From: Alphaproteobacteria bacterium
Lineage (GTDB): Bacteria > Pseudomonadota > Alphaproteobacteria > SHVV01
NCBI GenBank assembly: GCA_965261645.1
Contig: CBDHDJ010000002.1
Span: 769,804 to 833,803, forward strand
DNA length: 64,000 nt
Direction: 5' to 3'
Of this stretch, positions 12,672-21,887 are shown piece after piece (position 1 is the first letter of the stretch; each line of letters begins with the position of its first letter). Position numbers and translations under genes: made by a program. The notes beneath the pieces are model-generated. The model did not search any database, was not told the origin of the DNA, and saw only the letters and a program-made list of their open reading frames with translations.

Positions 12672-13132
12672 TCCTCGTCTCCCCCATGCCCGATCATGTT
12701 TTTTTTGAGAAGCCGGTTCTCCAGCGAAAGTTCGGCGACCAACTCCTTCAAGTCGCGCATCTCCTGGCGCAGGCCTTTAACCTCGCCCGAGGTCGCTTGG
12801 CGCCCGGTGTCGCCGGCGAGCCGCTTCTTGCCTGCTTCCAAAAACTCTTTCGACCAGCTGTAATACAGACCCTCGGCGATGCCCTCGCGGCGGCACAAGG
12901 CGGCGATGCTCTCCTCGCCGCGCAGGCCCGACACCACGATCCGGATCTTCTCCTCAGCCGTATACTGCTTGCGTGTCTTGCGGCGAATATCCCGAACCGT
13001 TCCCTCCGCCGGGTCGTTCTTGCTCATTGATTTCTGTCTCATCTTCGTTCCCTTCGGTCACTACGATGAGACAGAAATCCTCCGGTATGCAATTACCTCA
13101 ATTTGTCCCAAAGGCGCTGACGTCAGACAGTC
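11618..13132 (-). mobile_element. IS3-family insertion sequence (about 1,515 bp), copy 1
   Basis: Ends TGTCTGACGTCAG… / …TTGATGACGGACA, which are imperfect inverted repeats. Carries orfA and orfB with an A8 slippery run. No target duplication. Confidence 0.8.
12668..13042 (-). CDS. IS3-family transposase OrfA (helix-turn-helix)
   Basis: 124 aa. …[52 protein letters not shown]… matches the IS3/IS911 OrfA helix-turn-helix with leucine zipper. A CTCAAAAAAAAC run lies near the 3' end, and the orfA stop overlaps the orfB ATG (ATGA). Confidence 0.85.
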   Translation of the reverse strand: MRQKSMSKNDPAEGTVRDIRRKTRKQYTAEEKIRIVVSGLRGEESIAALCRREGIAEGLYYSWSKEFLEAGKKRLAGDTGRQATSGEVKGLRQEMRDLKELVAELSLENRLLKKNMIGHGGDEE

Positions 13133-13929
13133 TGGCGCTGATGCGTCGGATCGACGAGTTGTTCATGAAGTACCCGTTCTACGGCAGCCGCCAGATGGTC
13201 CGCCAGTTGCGGCGGGACGGCGTTTGCGTCGGCCGTCACCGGGTTCGCAGGTTGATGCGATTGATAGGCCTGGAGGCAATCTATCAGGCGCCGAGAACCA
13301 GCGTGCCGCATCCCATGCACCGGATTTATCCTTATCTTCTCAAAGGGATGGCTATCGACCAGCCCAATCGGGTCTGGTGCGCCGACATCACCTATATCCC
13401 CGTCCAGCGTGGCTTTCTGTACCTGGTAGCGATCATGGACTGGGCGACGCGCCACGTTTTATCCTGGCGGCTGTCGAACACCATGAACGCTGGATTCTGC
13501 GCCGAGGCCTTGGGCGACGCGCTGGCCCGCTACGGCCAGCCGGAGATATTCAATACGGATCAGGGCAGCCAGTTCACCAGCCTCGACTTCACCGGCGTGC
13601 TCAAGAACGCGAGCATCCGCATCTCCATGGACGGTCGGGGCCGCTGCATGGACAACATCTTCATCGAGCGCCTGTGGCGGTCTCTCAAGTATGAGGCGGT
13701 CTACCTACACGAGCTCACCGACGGCTTCCACGCCGAACGGGTCATCGGCGAGTGGATCGGCTTCTACAACACCGAGCGGCCCCATTCGTCCCTCGACGGT
13801 CAAACGCCGGCCGAGGCCTACGGGGCCGGTCAACCTGTGGATATGATGGACAAGGCTCGCGCCTTGCCCACATCCCCACAGGCTCAACAACAGCAACAGG
13901 ATGTGATAAAAAGGATTTTGGCAGCATGA
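13133..13929 (+). pseudogene. IS3-family transposase OrfB (no OrfA; 5' region replaced by the preceding IS3 end)
   Basis: …LALMRRIDELFMKYPFYGSRQMVRQLRRDGVCVGRHRVRRLMRLIGL…ADITYIPV…FNTDQGSQFTS… with a typical IS3 OrfB integrase core. The listed ORF 12973..13929 takes its first codons from the terminus of the IS3 element at 11618..13132. Confidence 0.7.
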
Positions 13930-13992
13930 TCAAACGACGGAATACACCTTAACCGCGCTGCCAAACTGTCCAACAAAGTGGGACCACCTCAA
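13133..13992 (+). mobile_element. second IS3-family element, remnant (orfB region and right end only)
   Basis: Immediately abuts the preceding IS3 element's end. Encodes a full rve OrfB but no OrfA or left terminus. Ends …GGACCACCTCA. Confidence 0.6.
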
Positions 13993-14376
13993 GCACCGTC
14001 GCGCCGGGATCGCTGATCGTTACTGACGATTGGAGCGGCTATGCTGGCCTCGGTAAGCGCGGCTATGAGCACTTCGCTGTTGCCGAGTGTGGTGATCCAG
14101 AGGTTGCCGAGCAATACCTGCCGATCATCCATCTGGTTTTCGCCAACCTGAAGACGTGGCTGATCGGTATCCACCACGGCGTTAGCCACCAGCACCTACA
14201 AGCCTACCTCAACGAGTTCACCTTCCGCTTCAACAGGCGGTTCTACCCGTTCAACGCCTTCCGCTCATTGCTCGGCATCGCGGGCGACACCTCTGCTCCA
14301 ACCTATGCCGAGCTTTACTCGGGAGAGTGGCGGCACCCTACATGTAGCGGTCATCGGCGTTAACCGGATAGGCAAG
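13993..14376 (+). mobile_element. IS1595-family element, 3' fragment (about 385 bp)
   Basis: Identical to the last about 385 bp, including the right inverted repeat (…CGGCGTTAACCGGATAGGCAAG), of the element at 1283..2382. Confidence 0.8.
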
Positions 14377-14391
14377 GTTCGACGAAAAGAC

Positions 14392-15772
14392 CTAGCAGGC
14401 TGCTGAAAAAGTCATCATTGCCGGGCCTTGAACTCGGATTCATCGCCGAAATGAAATGAGATTTCGTGTCTTAGGGTGAAACCGTCTTCAATCTCGACCG
14501 ATCCGATGCCCTGGGCTTCATCCAGTTCGATGATCTGCCACTTTGCGGTCAGCGGCGTGCCGGCATCGCCCGTCATGTTGGCGCCTCCGCCAGCAGTCTG
14601 GGTAGTCGGACGAGGTTGTAGGCGGCCAAGGCCAGGGTGAACGAAGCGTCGACCCGGTGGCGGCCCCGGAATTTGGTCTTGCTCAATCCCGCGCTCGTCT
14701 TGACCCAGCCGAAGACCTCCTCGATGCGCTTACGGCAACGTTGGCTGACGCCGTAACCGGGATGGCGCGTCGTGCGCCCGTCTATCTTGGTCTTGCGCCG
14801 CTTGCCGGTCTTGGTGACGTGGTCCTGGACGGCGATATGGGGGGTCACCTTGCGGTGCCGCAGTTCCTCGACAAAATCCGCGACGTCAAAACCCTTGTCC
14901 CCGCCCACCGTGATCCGACGCGGGCCGCCTCTACTCTCCACCGGGCGATGCCTGTCGATCAGATCAAGGGCGGCTTCGCGTTCCGCCGTGCCCGACGCAA
15001 TGGTCACGCCGCCGCCGACTGCCAGACCATGGCGGTTCTCCGTCAGCGCATGGCCCATGTAACACAGCTTGCTTTCCCGGCCATTACCCTTGCGATAAAG
15101 CCGGGCGTCCGGATCAGTGGTGCTTGCATGGGTCGCGTTCGAGCGTTTCTCGCCATGAAAATCCCGCTCGGCGTTGCGCCCCGATCCCCCGTCGCCATCG
15201 TCCTCACCTTTGGGACGAAAGCTCTTCATCGACGCCCAGGCCTCGATCAATGTTCCGTCTACCGAAAAATGATCCCGGCTCAATAGTCCCCGTACCTTGT
15301 GGTGCTGGATAACCCCCGCAAGCAGCTGCGCCGAAACCTCCGCCTCCAGAAGACGGTCCCGGTTGTGGCAGAACGCGCTGGCGTCCCACACGCCATCGTC
15401 CAGCCCAAGCCCCACAAACCAGCGAAACAGCATGTTGAAGTTTAGCTGCTCCATCAGCTGACGCTCCGAGCGGATCGAATAAAACACCTGCAACAGTAAC
15501 GCTCGAAGAAGCTTCTCCGGCGGGATCGATGGGCGACCCATGTGGGAATAAAGCGTCTCGAACTCCGAAGATAGAGACCCCAATACGTCGTTCACGATCT
15601 CACGGATCAGACGCAGCGGATGATCATCCGGAACACGCTCTTCCAAGTCTACGTAGCTGAATAAATTGCCACTGCTTTTATCTCGACCCCGCATGCCATC
15701 CTCCATCACCCGAAGGAATCACAGAATCATGTCACAACTGCAAATGCGAGGACTTTTTCAGCAGCCTGCTAG
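14392..15772 (-). mobile_element. IS5-family insertion sequence (1,381 bp)
   Basis: Perfect 22-bp terminal inverted repeats CTAGCAGGCTGCTGAAAAAGTC flanking a 378-aa transposase gene. Confidence 0.8.
14573..15709 (-). CDS. IS5-family DDE transposase
   Basis: 378 aa with an N-terminal InsH-like domain and DDE_Tnp_1-like C-terminus (…HFSVDGTLIEAWAS…GGDKGFD…IEEVFGWVK…). Confidence 0.75.
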   Translation of the reverse strand: MMEDGMRGRDKSSGNLFSYVDLEERVPDDHPLRLIREIVNDVLGSLSSEFETLYSHMGRPSIPPEKLLRALLLQVFYSIRSERQLMEQLNFNMLFRWFVGLGLDDGVWDASAFCHNRDRLLEAEVSAQLLAGVIQHHKVRGLLSRDHFSVDGTLIEAWASMKSFRPKGEDDGDGGSGRNAERDFHGEKRSNATHASTTDPDARLYRKGNGRESKLCYMGHALTENRHGLAVGGGVTIASGTAEREAALDLIDRHRPVESRGGPRRITVGGDKGFDVADFVEELRHRKVTPHIAVQDHVTKTGKRRKTKIDGRTTRHPGYGVSQRCRKRIEEVFGWVKTSAGLSKTKFRGRHRVDASFTLALAAYNLVRLPRLLAEAPT

Positions 15773-16878
15773 TGGATTGATTTCAACGTTTGGAACCCTC
15801 GGTTTCGTGCGGCGATGATGTCATCGGGATGTGCTTTCCAGATGAATGGTTGTGGGTTGGCGGCATTGTATTCACGGACGAAGCGATTGATGGCGGCCTG
15901 GAGATCGACGAGGGAATGGAAGATAGCGTGCTTGAGCCTGCGCCGCGTGAGTTTGGCAAAGAAGCCCTCGACGGCATTTAGCCACGAACACGAGGTTGGC
16001 GTGAAGTGGAAAGTCCAGCGTGGATGACGGTCGAGCCAGGCGCTGACCTTGTCCTTCTTGTGCGCCGCGTAATTGTCGAGGATCACGTGGATGGCCTTGT
16101 CCGCCGGCACCTCGCGCTCGATGCGGTTGAGGAAGCGGATGAACTCCTGATGGCGGTGGCGCTGCATGTTCTGCCCGATGACCGTTCCATCCAGAATGTT
16201 GAGCGCCGCGAACAGCGTGGTCGTGCCGTGGCGTTTGTAGTCATGGGTCATGGTGCCGGCGCGGCCCTTCTTCATCGGCAGGCCGGGCTGGGTGCGGTCG
16301 AGTGCTTGGATCTGCGACTTCTCGTCGATCGACAGCACCACCGCATGGGCCGGTGGATCGACATACAAGCCGACGATATCGGCGAGCTTCTCGGCGAAGG
16401 CCGGGTCGTTCGAGAGCTTGAAGTTCCGCCAGCGGTGCGGGCTGAGGCCGTGGGCTTTCCAGATCGCCTGCACCGTCGACGCGGCGACGCCGGCCGCCTT
16501 GGCCATCGCGCGCAGCGTCCAGTGGGTTGCCTCGTGCGGCGGCGGTTGCTGCGTCTGACGGACGATCCAGGCGACGCGATCAGGCGCGATCGGCGCCTTG
16601 CCCGGCGGGCGGGACTTGTCGCGAAGCAGGCCGCCGACGCCCTCGTGCATGAAGCGCTCCTGCCAGCGCCACACGCAGGTCTTGGACTTGTCGGTCTCGC
16701 CCATGATCGCCGAGGTACCCAGACCCGCGCCGCTCAGAAGGACAATACGCGCCTGCCAGACGTGCTTCTGCGGGCTCTTGGGGTCCGCGACGATCGCGCG
16801 CAATCGCTGACCGTCGCCGGCCGATACAGTGAAGGAGATTCCGCCGCGCATGTGCCAGACTCGCATGCCACGGCACAA
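15769..16878 (-). CDS. IS630-family transposase
   Basis: 369 aa. Helix-turn-helix N-terminus followed by a DDE region (…SIDEKSQIQALDR…HVILDNYAAHKK…TPTSCSWLNAVEGFFA…), typical of IS630/Tc1. Confidence 0.8.
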   Translation of the reverse strand: MCRGMRVWHMRGGISFTVSAGDGQRLRAIVADPKSPQKHVWQARIVLLSGAGLGTSAIMGETDKSKTCVWRWQERFMHEGVGGLLRDKSRPPGKAPIAPDRVAWIVRQTQQPPPHEATHWTLRAMAKAAGVAASTVQAIWKAHGLSPHRWRNFKLSNDPAFAEKLADIVGLYVDPPAHAVVLSIDEKSQIQALDRTQPGLPMKKGRAGTMTHDYKRHGTTTLFAALNILDGTVIGQNMQRHRHQEFIRFLNRIEREVPADKAIHVILDNYAAHKKDKVSAWLDRHPRWTFHFTPTSCSWLNAVEGFFAKLTRRRLKHAIFHSLVDLQAAINRFVREYNAANPQPFIWKAHPDDIIAARNRGFQTLKSIH

Positions 16879-16923
16879 TACGGAATCCCAAATCGGACTC
16901 TTTCGATCCGATCAATCCACTAG
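15769..16923 (-). mobile_element. IS630-family insertion sequence
   Basis: Terminal inverted repeats CTAGTGGATTGAT / ATCAATCCACTAG. TA target duplicated. Inserted into the terminal CTAG of the adjacent IS5-family element. Confidence 0.75.
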
Positions 16924-16992
16924 CGCCGGTCGAAGACCGCGTGAGCTGGAGCTAGATAACCTGATTGAGGGCGAGCGAGACGGGCCGCTTAT

Positions 16993-18436
16993 CAGCCTGT
17001 TGATTAAGTCGGCGCCGTCTGATTCTCTGGTTCCCTGATTTGCAGGGGGATTTGCCGATGGCGATGGGACGGCAGAAGGATGGTCAGGGGGACCTGATGG
17101 TGAGCTGGTCGGAGATGCCGCGCTCTCCGGGTCATGTGTTTTATGACCGCTTGCAGTCGGTGCTGATCGAGGGCGGCTTCGACGCCTTTGCCGAGGCGAG
17201 CTGCCGGCCTTATTACGCGGTCCGGATGGGCGCGCCCTCGGTGCCGCCCGGGCGCTATTTCCGGATGCACCTGGTGGGCTACTTTGAGGGCATCGACAGC
17301 GAGCGCGGTCTGGAGTGGCGCTGCTCGGACTCGCTTTCGCTGCGGGCGTTCCTGCGACTGGGGAGCCGTGATCGGGTACCGGACCATTCCTGGCTGTCAC
17401 GGAGCCGCACGCGCCTGCCCCATGAAGTCCACGCGGCGGTCTTCGACTGGGTTCTGGTGCTGATCGCCGAGGCGGGGCTGATCAAGGGCGAGCGCATCGG
17501 CGTCGATGCCTCGACCATGGAGGCCAACGCGGCGCTGCGGAACATCGTGCGGCGCGACAACGGCGAAGGCTACCGGGAGATGCTGGAGCGCCTGGCCCGG
17601 GAAAGCGGGGTCGAGACACCCACGGCCGAGGACCTGGCGCGTCTGGACCGGAAGCGCAAGGGCAAGAAGCTTTCCAACACGGATTGGGTTTCGAAGAGCG
17701 ACCCCGAGGCCAAGATCGCCAAGATGAAGGACGGCACGACGCATCTGGCCTACAAGCCCGAGCACGCGGTGGATCTGGACACCGGCGCGGTGGTGGCGGC
17801 CGAGCTGCACCCGGCCGATGAGGGCGACACCACGACGCTTTCCAAGACCCTGGCGAAGGCCGAGGCAAACCTCGAGGCGGTGGATGCGGCACCGACATCG
17901 GAGGACCCGGCCGAATGCGTCGCCGACAAAGGTTATCACTCACGGGCGGTCTTGAGGGCTCTGAACGACAGTCCCTGGAAGACCCGGATCGCGGCGCCCA
18001 AGCAGACCGGCTTTTCGCGCTGGCACGGTGATGAGGCGGCGCGGCGCGCGATCACCAATAACCGTGCGCGGCTCAAGTCCGGGGTCGCCCGCGAGGCCTT
18101 CAAGCTGCGCGCCGAGATCGTCGAGCGCTGCTTTGCCCACAACCTCGATCGTGGCGGCATGCGACGAACCTGGCTGCGCGGGCGAGAGAATGTGCACAAG
18201 CGATACCTGCTCCACGTCGCCGGCCACAATCTATCGTTACTGATGCGCCAGCTCATCGGCGCCGGCACCCCGCGGGAGGCCGTGGCGGGCGGATATGGCG
18301 GTATTTTCGTTCTGCTCACGCCCACCGGGGCCATGCTGGTGGCACGGGGGGGCTCGCAAAGCGGCCAGACGGCTTTCGCCGCCGCATTCCTCATCTGGGA
18401 GTGAGAGCCGGAAAAAGCCACTTAATCAACGGGCTG
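16993..18436 (+). mobile_element. IS5/IS1182-like insertion sequence, copy 3
   Basis: Same element as copy 1 (left repeat variant cagccTgttg). No clean target duplication. Its insertion truncated the 3' end of the FlgN-like gene. Confidence 0.85.
17040..18404 (+). CDS. IS5/IS1182-family DDE transposase
   Basis: 454 aa, nearly identical to the ORF at 3730..5094. Confidence 0.8.
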   Translation: MQGDLPMAMGRQKDGQGDLMVSWSEMPRSPGHVFYDRLQSVLIEGGFDAFAEASCRPYYAVRMGAPSVPPGRYFRMHLVGYFEGIDSERGLEWRCSDSLSLRAFLRLGSRDRVPDHSWLSRSRTRLPHEVHAAVFDWVLVLIAEAGLIKGERIGVDASTMEANAALRNIVRRDNGEGYREMLERLARESGVETPTAEDLARLDRKRKGKKLSNTDWVSKSDPEAKIAKMKDGTTHLAYKPEHAVDLDTGAVVAAELHPADEGDTTTLSKTLAKAEANLEAVDAAPTSEDPAECVADKGYHSRAVLRALNDSPWKTRIAAPKQTGFSRWHGDEAARRAITNNRARLKSGVAREAFKLRAEIVERCFAHNLDRGGMRRTWLRGRENVHKRYLLHVAGHNLSLLMRQLIGAGTPREAVAGGYGGIFVLLTPTGAMLVARGGSQSGQTAFAAAFLIWE

Positions 18437-18864
18437 CTATGGTAGGCGTGCGCGGGCTTCGCCATTGCTGCGTTCTGGTCATAACCCTGTACCGGCCGTT
18501 CCCTCTTTGAGACCTCATCACTGATCGCCCTGAGAAGACGCTCGCTGACCGTTTTGGCGGCCAGCAGCTTCCGCCGGTGCTCGTCGAGAAGATCGTTGAA
18601 GGCGTTGACCGCGGATTTCAGCGCGGCCATCTGTGGCGGCTCGGCGCCCTGGAGCAACTCTGGCGCGGCCCGCAGGGTCTCCATCTCCGCATGATAAGTC
18701 TCGCTCAGCCGTTCCTTCTCGCCCTGCAGCTCGGCGATCGCCTGGGGCCGATTGTCGGCAAGGAGCTGGTTCTCGAGAGTGACGACAGCGCTGAGCCGGT
18801 CGATGAGCCCGAGCAGCCTTTCGATTTGAGCCGACGCCAAAGTCGGTTGTACGGGCTGGGTCAC
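18437..18864 (-). pseudogene. flagellar FlgN-like/coiled-coil protein, 3'-truncated by IS insertion
   Basis: GTG start with GGAGAT ribosome-binding site, translationally coupled (GTGA) to the upstream rod-binding gene. Alpha-helical …LASAQIERLLGLIDRLSAVVTLENQLLADN…LQGEKERLSETYHAEMETLRAA… The reading frame runs into the IS end. Confidence 0.4.
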
Positions 18865-19043
18865 GGTGTGATCTCCTGGTATTTCACGATTTCGCGCATC
18901 ACGTGATCGGCTATGCCAATACCCCCGCGTCGCGCGATCACCTTGGCGAACTCCTGATTGAGCATCGAGCGGTAGATCTCGGAGCCGGGCCCGCCGCCAA
19001 ATGGGCCGTCCGGCTTGAGGTCGGCGAACATCATGTCGAACAT
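18861..19043 (-). CDS. flgJ: flagellar rod-binding protein (FlgJ N-terminal domain-like)
   Basis: MFDMMFADLKPDGPFGGGPGSEIYRSMLNQEFAKVIARRGGIGIADHV… matches the rod-binding family. The conserved EAFEALFLGQM motif is encoded in-frame upstream without a canonical start, so the true start is probably further 5' (about 19170). Confidence 0.6.
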   Translation of the reverse strand: MFDMMFADLKPDGPFGGGPGSEIYRSMLNQEFAKVIARRGGIGIADHVMREIVKYQEITP

Positions 19044-19181
19044 CTGGCCCAGGAACAGGGCCTCGAAGGCTTCCGCCGCTTCGCGCGCCTGGGCGACTCT
19101 GTGTTCCTTCAGTGGTGACGCCGGCGCCGAGATTGGGTGCAGGCAACGGCGAGGTTGGCGGCAAGGTAAGTGCGCTCGGCA

Positions 19182-20345
19182 TCACATCACCACGAGTTCC
19201 GCCTGCAGGGCGCCGGCGGCCTTGATGGTCTGCAGAATGGAGATCATGTCGCGCGGGCTCACGCCGAGGGCGTTTAGCCCATCGACCAGGTCCTGCAGGC
19301 TGACGCCCCGCTCAACGATGGCCAGGCCGCGGTCCGCGCCCTCGTCGATCTCGATTTCGGTGCGCGGCACGGTTACGGTTGCGCCTGTCGTGGAGAAGGG
19401 CTGGGGCTGTGAGACCTGGGCCGTTTCGGTGACCCGAATGGTCAGGTTGCCTTGCGCGATCGCGACGGTGTCGACGCGGACGTCGTTGTCCATCACGATC
19501 ACGCCCGACTGCTCTTCAACCACGACGAGCGCCACCTGATCGGTCTCGACGACCAGCTGTTCGATATCGGTGAGCAAGTTGACCACGTCGAAGGGGCTGT
19601 CCGGCGGCACCGTGAACTCGATGGTGCCGGGATCGATGGGCCGCGCCAGCGGACCGCCGAAATAGGCATTGATCGACTGGGCGACGCGGCGCGCCGTAGT
19701 GAAGTCCGGATTGCGGAGCGAGATATGCAGCTTCTTGAGACTGTTGAGCTCGAAAGCCACCTCGCGCTCGACGATGGCGCCGTTTGGAATACGGCCGCTC
19801 GTGGGTACGCCCTTGGTAACAGTTGCGGCGTCGCCGGTAACGGAGAAACCGCTGACCACGAGATTGCCCTGCGCGACCGCGTAAACCTCGCCGTCCGCGC
19901 CCATCAGCGGGGTGACGAGCAGCGTGCCGCCGAGCAGGCTCTCGGCATCGCCTAGGGCGCTCACGGTGACGTCGATGGTGGTGCCCTGGCGCGAGAAGGC
20001 GGGCAGCTGGGCGGAGATCATGACCGCCGCGACGTTATCGGTGTCGATGTCGGTACCCCGCGTGTTTACGCCGAGGCGCTCGAGCATGGCGACCAGGCTC
20101 TGGCGCGTGAAGGTCGCGTTGTCGATGTCGTCGCCAGTGCCATTGAGGCCGACGACCAGCCCGTAGCCGACGAGCAGGTTGTTGCGGACGCCCTCGAAAT
20201 CGGCGATGTCCTTGATGCGGGAGGCCGCGCTTGCGGGACTGCCGGTCACGCCGAGGACGAGGATCGCCACGACGGCCAACACGCCGGTCAAGCGGCGCAG
20301 CCAACGGCAAGGCGCGGTGGCCGGGGTCTTGGTGGGGGCTTTCAT
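19182..20345 (-). CDS. flgI: flagellar P-ring protein
   Basis: Signal peptide MKAPTKTPATAPCRWLRRLTGVLAVVAILVLG then the full FlgI sequence (…LVGYGLVVGLNGTGD…ISILQTIKAAGALQAELVVM). The ORF track extends it to 20417, but the ATG at 20345 or 20354 is more likely. Confidence 0.9.
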   Translation of the reverse strand: MKAPTKTPATAPCRWLRRLTGVLAVVAILVLGVTGSPASAASRIKDIADFEGVRNNLLVGYGLVVGLNGTGDDIDNATFTRQSLVAMLERLGVNTRGTDIDTDNVAAVMISAQLPAFSRQGTTIDVTVSALGDAESLLGGTLLVTPLMGADGEVYAVAQGNLVVSGFSVTGDAATVTKGVPTSGRIPNGAIVEREVAFELNSLKKLHISLRNPDFTTARRVAQSINAYFGGPLARPIDPGTIEFTVPPDSPFDVVNLLTDIEQLVVETDQVALVVVEEQSGVIVMDNDVRVDTVAIAQGNLTIRVTETAQVSQPQPFSTTGATVTVPRTEIEIDEGADRGLAIVERGVSLQDLVDGLNALGVSPRDMISILQTIKAAGALQAELVVM

Positions 20346-20388
20346 GGATGGCATCCGGTAATCAGCGCTGTATCGGTTCCTTATCCAT

Positions 20389-20404
20389 AGCGAATTCTGT
20401 GCCA
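20389..20404 (-). promoter_or_regulatory. sigma54 (-24/-12)-type promoter upstream of flgI
   Basis: On the minus strand, TGGCAC-N5-TCGCT (GG-N10-GC spacing) lies about 40 bp upstream of the flgI start. flgI is a sigma54-dependent class III gene in Caulobacter-type flagellar hierarchies. Confidence 0.45.
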
Positions 20405-20761
20405 AAGATGGCCGCATTAACCCCTTGAAAACCGCCGTATTTGGCGCGATTCGCCGGTCATGGTGGCAGGATTAGCCTATTGTGCGTGGCAAGAACGTCC
20501 CGGCTAGGCAGCATCTGCCGAAGCGCATGGCGGCTCTTCGGGCGCCCGGTGATCACATTTTACCCTTAAATCATCGCCGTTAACCCGTCCTTAACCGTAA
20601 TCGTCATGATAATGGGCGATGAAAAGTCCGTTCGTACGGCCGCGCTTCTTGAGCAACGGGTTAGCCGCATGAAAGTCTAGGGACCAGGGCCGGTTCGTAC
20701 CGGATCCGTTGCCGCCAAGCGCCGGGTCGGGAAGAAGAACGACGAATCATTCGCCCCGGAC

Positions 20762-21088
20762 GTGCGCGTCGACGACAGCTCCGTCGTACCTATCGGCGGC
20801 ACGATATCCCTGACGGCGGTCGAGGCCCTCCTTTCGCTACAGGAGGTCTCCGATGCCACGAGCGAGCAATCCCGCGCCTTGCGCCACGGCCATGATCTGC
20901 TGGATCATCTCGACGATATCCGCATCGGCCTGCTGACCGGCTCGATCCCCCGCGGCAAGCTTCAGAGGCTGCTGAACATGGTCGAGGCGCGGCGCGACCA
21001 GGTGATCGATCCGCGGATTGCCGCGACGCTCGATGAGATCGAGCTGCGCGCCAAGGTGGAACTCGCCAAGCTCCAGATGCTTCCTTAA
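20762..21088 (+). CDS. fliX: FliX-like flagellar assembly regulator
   Basis: 108 aa, GTG start. …AVEALLSLQE…RALRHGHDLLDHLDDIRIGLLTGSIPRGKLQRL…IDPRIAATLDEIELRAKVELAKLQM resembles FliX. Transcribed divergently from flgI, as in Caulobacter. Confidence 0.4.
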   Translation: MRVDDSSVVPIGGTISLTAVEALLSLQEVSDATSEQSRALRHGHDLLDHLDDIRIGLLTGSIPRGKLQRLLNMVEARRDQVIDPRIAATLDEIELRAKVELAKLQMLP

Positions 21089-21215
21089 TCTAGCGTTCCC
21101 CTTACGTTCGCTTCACGTCCCTCACGGTTGATTTATGAGAGTTTGCCTTGCTGGACGCGGGCCGGATTCATATACTCCGCCGCGCTGAGAATCTGGCCAG
21201 TGGTGGGGAGGAGGC

Positions 21216-21632
21216 ATGGCGAGACGTCTTCCCAAGAATTACCGCCCGTCTGATGACGAGCCCTTTATGAATGTCCGGCAACGGGAGTACTTTCGACGCA
21301 GACTGGTCGAATGGCGGGGCGAGATTCTGCGCGAATCGAACGAGACCCTGCTTCATCTCCAGATAAGCAACGTCCCCGACGCCGACCTCGCCGACCGGGC
21401 GTCGGCCGAATCGGACCGTTCGCTCGAGTTGCGCACACGCGACCGGGGGCGGAAATTGATTACCAAGATCGATTCCGCCTTACTCCGAATCGAGGAAGGC
21501 TCCTACGGTTTCTGCGAGGAATCGGGCGAGCCGATCAATTTGCGGCGCCTCGAGGCGCGCCCCATCGCCACGTTCGGCATTGAAGCCCAGGAGCGTCACG
21601 AGCGGCGCGAGAGGGTATATCGCGACGACTGA
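21216..21632 (+). CDS. dksA: DksA/TraR-family transcription factor (Cys4-less variant)
   Basis: 138 aa. Coiled-coil with acidic tip (PDADLADRASAESD) and C-terminal …GSYGFCEESGEPINLRRLEARPIATFGIEAQERHE. Only one Cys is present where canonical DksA has a Cys4 zinc finger. Confidence 0.75.
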   Translation: MARRLPKNYRPSDDEPFMNVRQREYFRRRLVEWRGEILRESNETLLHLQISNVPDADLADRASAESDRSLELRTRDRGRKLITKIDSALLRIEEGSYGFCEESGEPINLRRLEARPIATFGIEAQERHERRERVYRDD

Positions 21633-21656
21633 GATTGTGGATCGCGAGGGCGAAGC

Positions 21657-21684
21657 AAAAGGCCGGTCAGAGACCGGCCTTTTG
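21657..21684. terminator. bidirectional rho-independent terminator
   Basis: AAAAGGCCGGTC-agag-ACCGGCCTTTT, a perfect 10-bp GC-rich stem flanked by an A-run and a T-run. Sits between the dksA stop and the stop of the flgH remnant. Confidence 0.7.
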
Positions 21685-21708
21685 CACTCGGGTGCGCCGC
21701 CCGCGCGA

Positions 21709-21887
21709 TTAGAAGGGCATGATCACGTCGAGGACCTGTTGGCCGTACCGCGGCTGCTGCACATCGGAGAGCTGACCGTGGCCACCGTAGGAAATGCGTG
21801 CTTCGGCGATATCGGTATGGTCGATCGTGTTGGGAGCTATACCCGAAAGTTGGTGATGGGATGAGATGAGGGCGGCGTATCCTGGCG
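21709..21887 (-). pseudogene. flgH: flagellar L-ring protein FlgH, C-terminal remnant
   Basis: …[40 protein letters not shown] matches the conserved FlgH C-terminus. Everything upstream is replaced by the IS3 element beginning at 21888. Confidence 0.6.
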
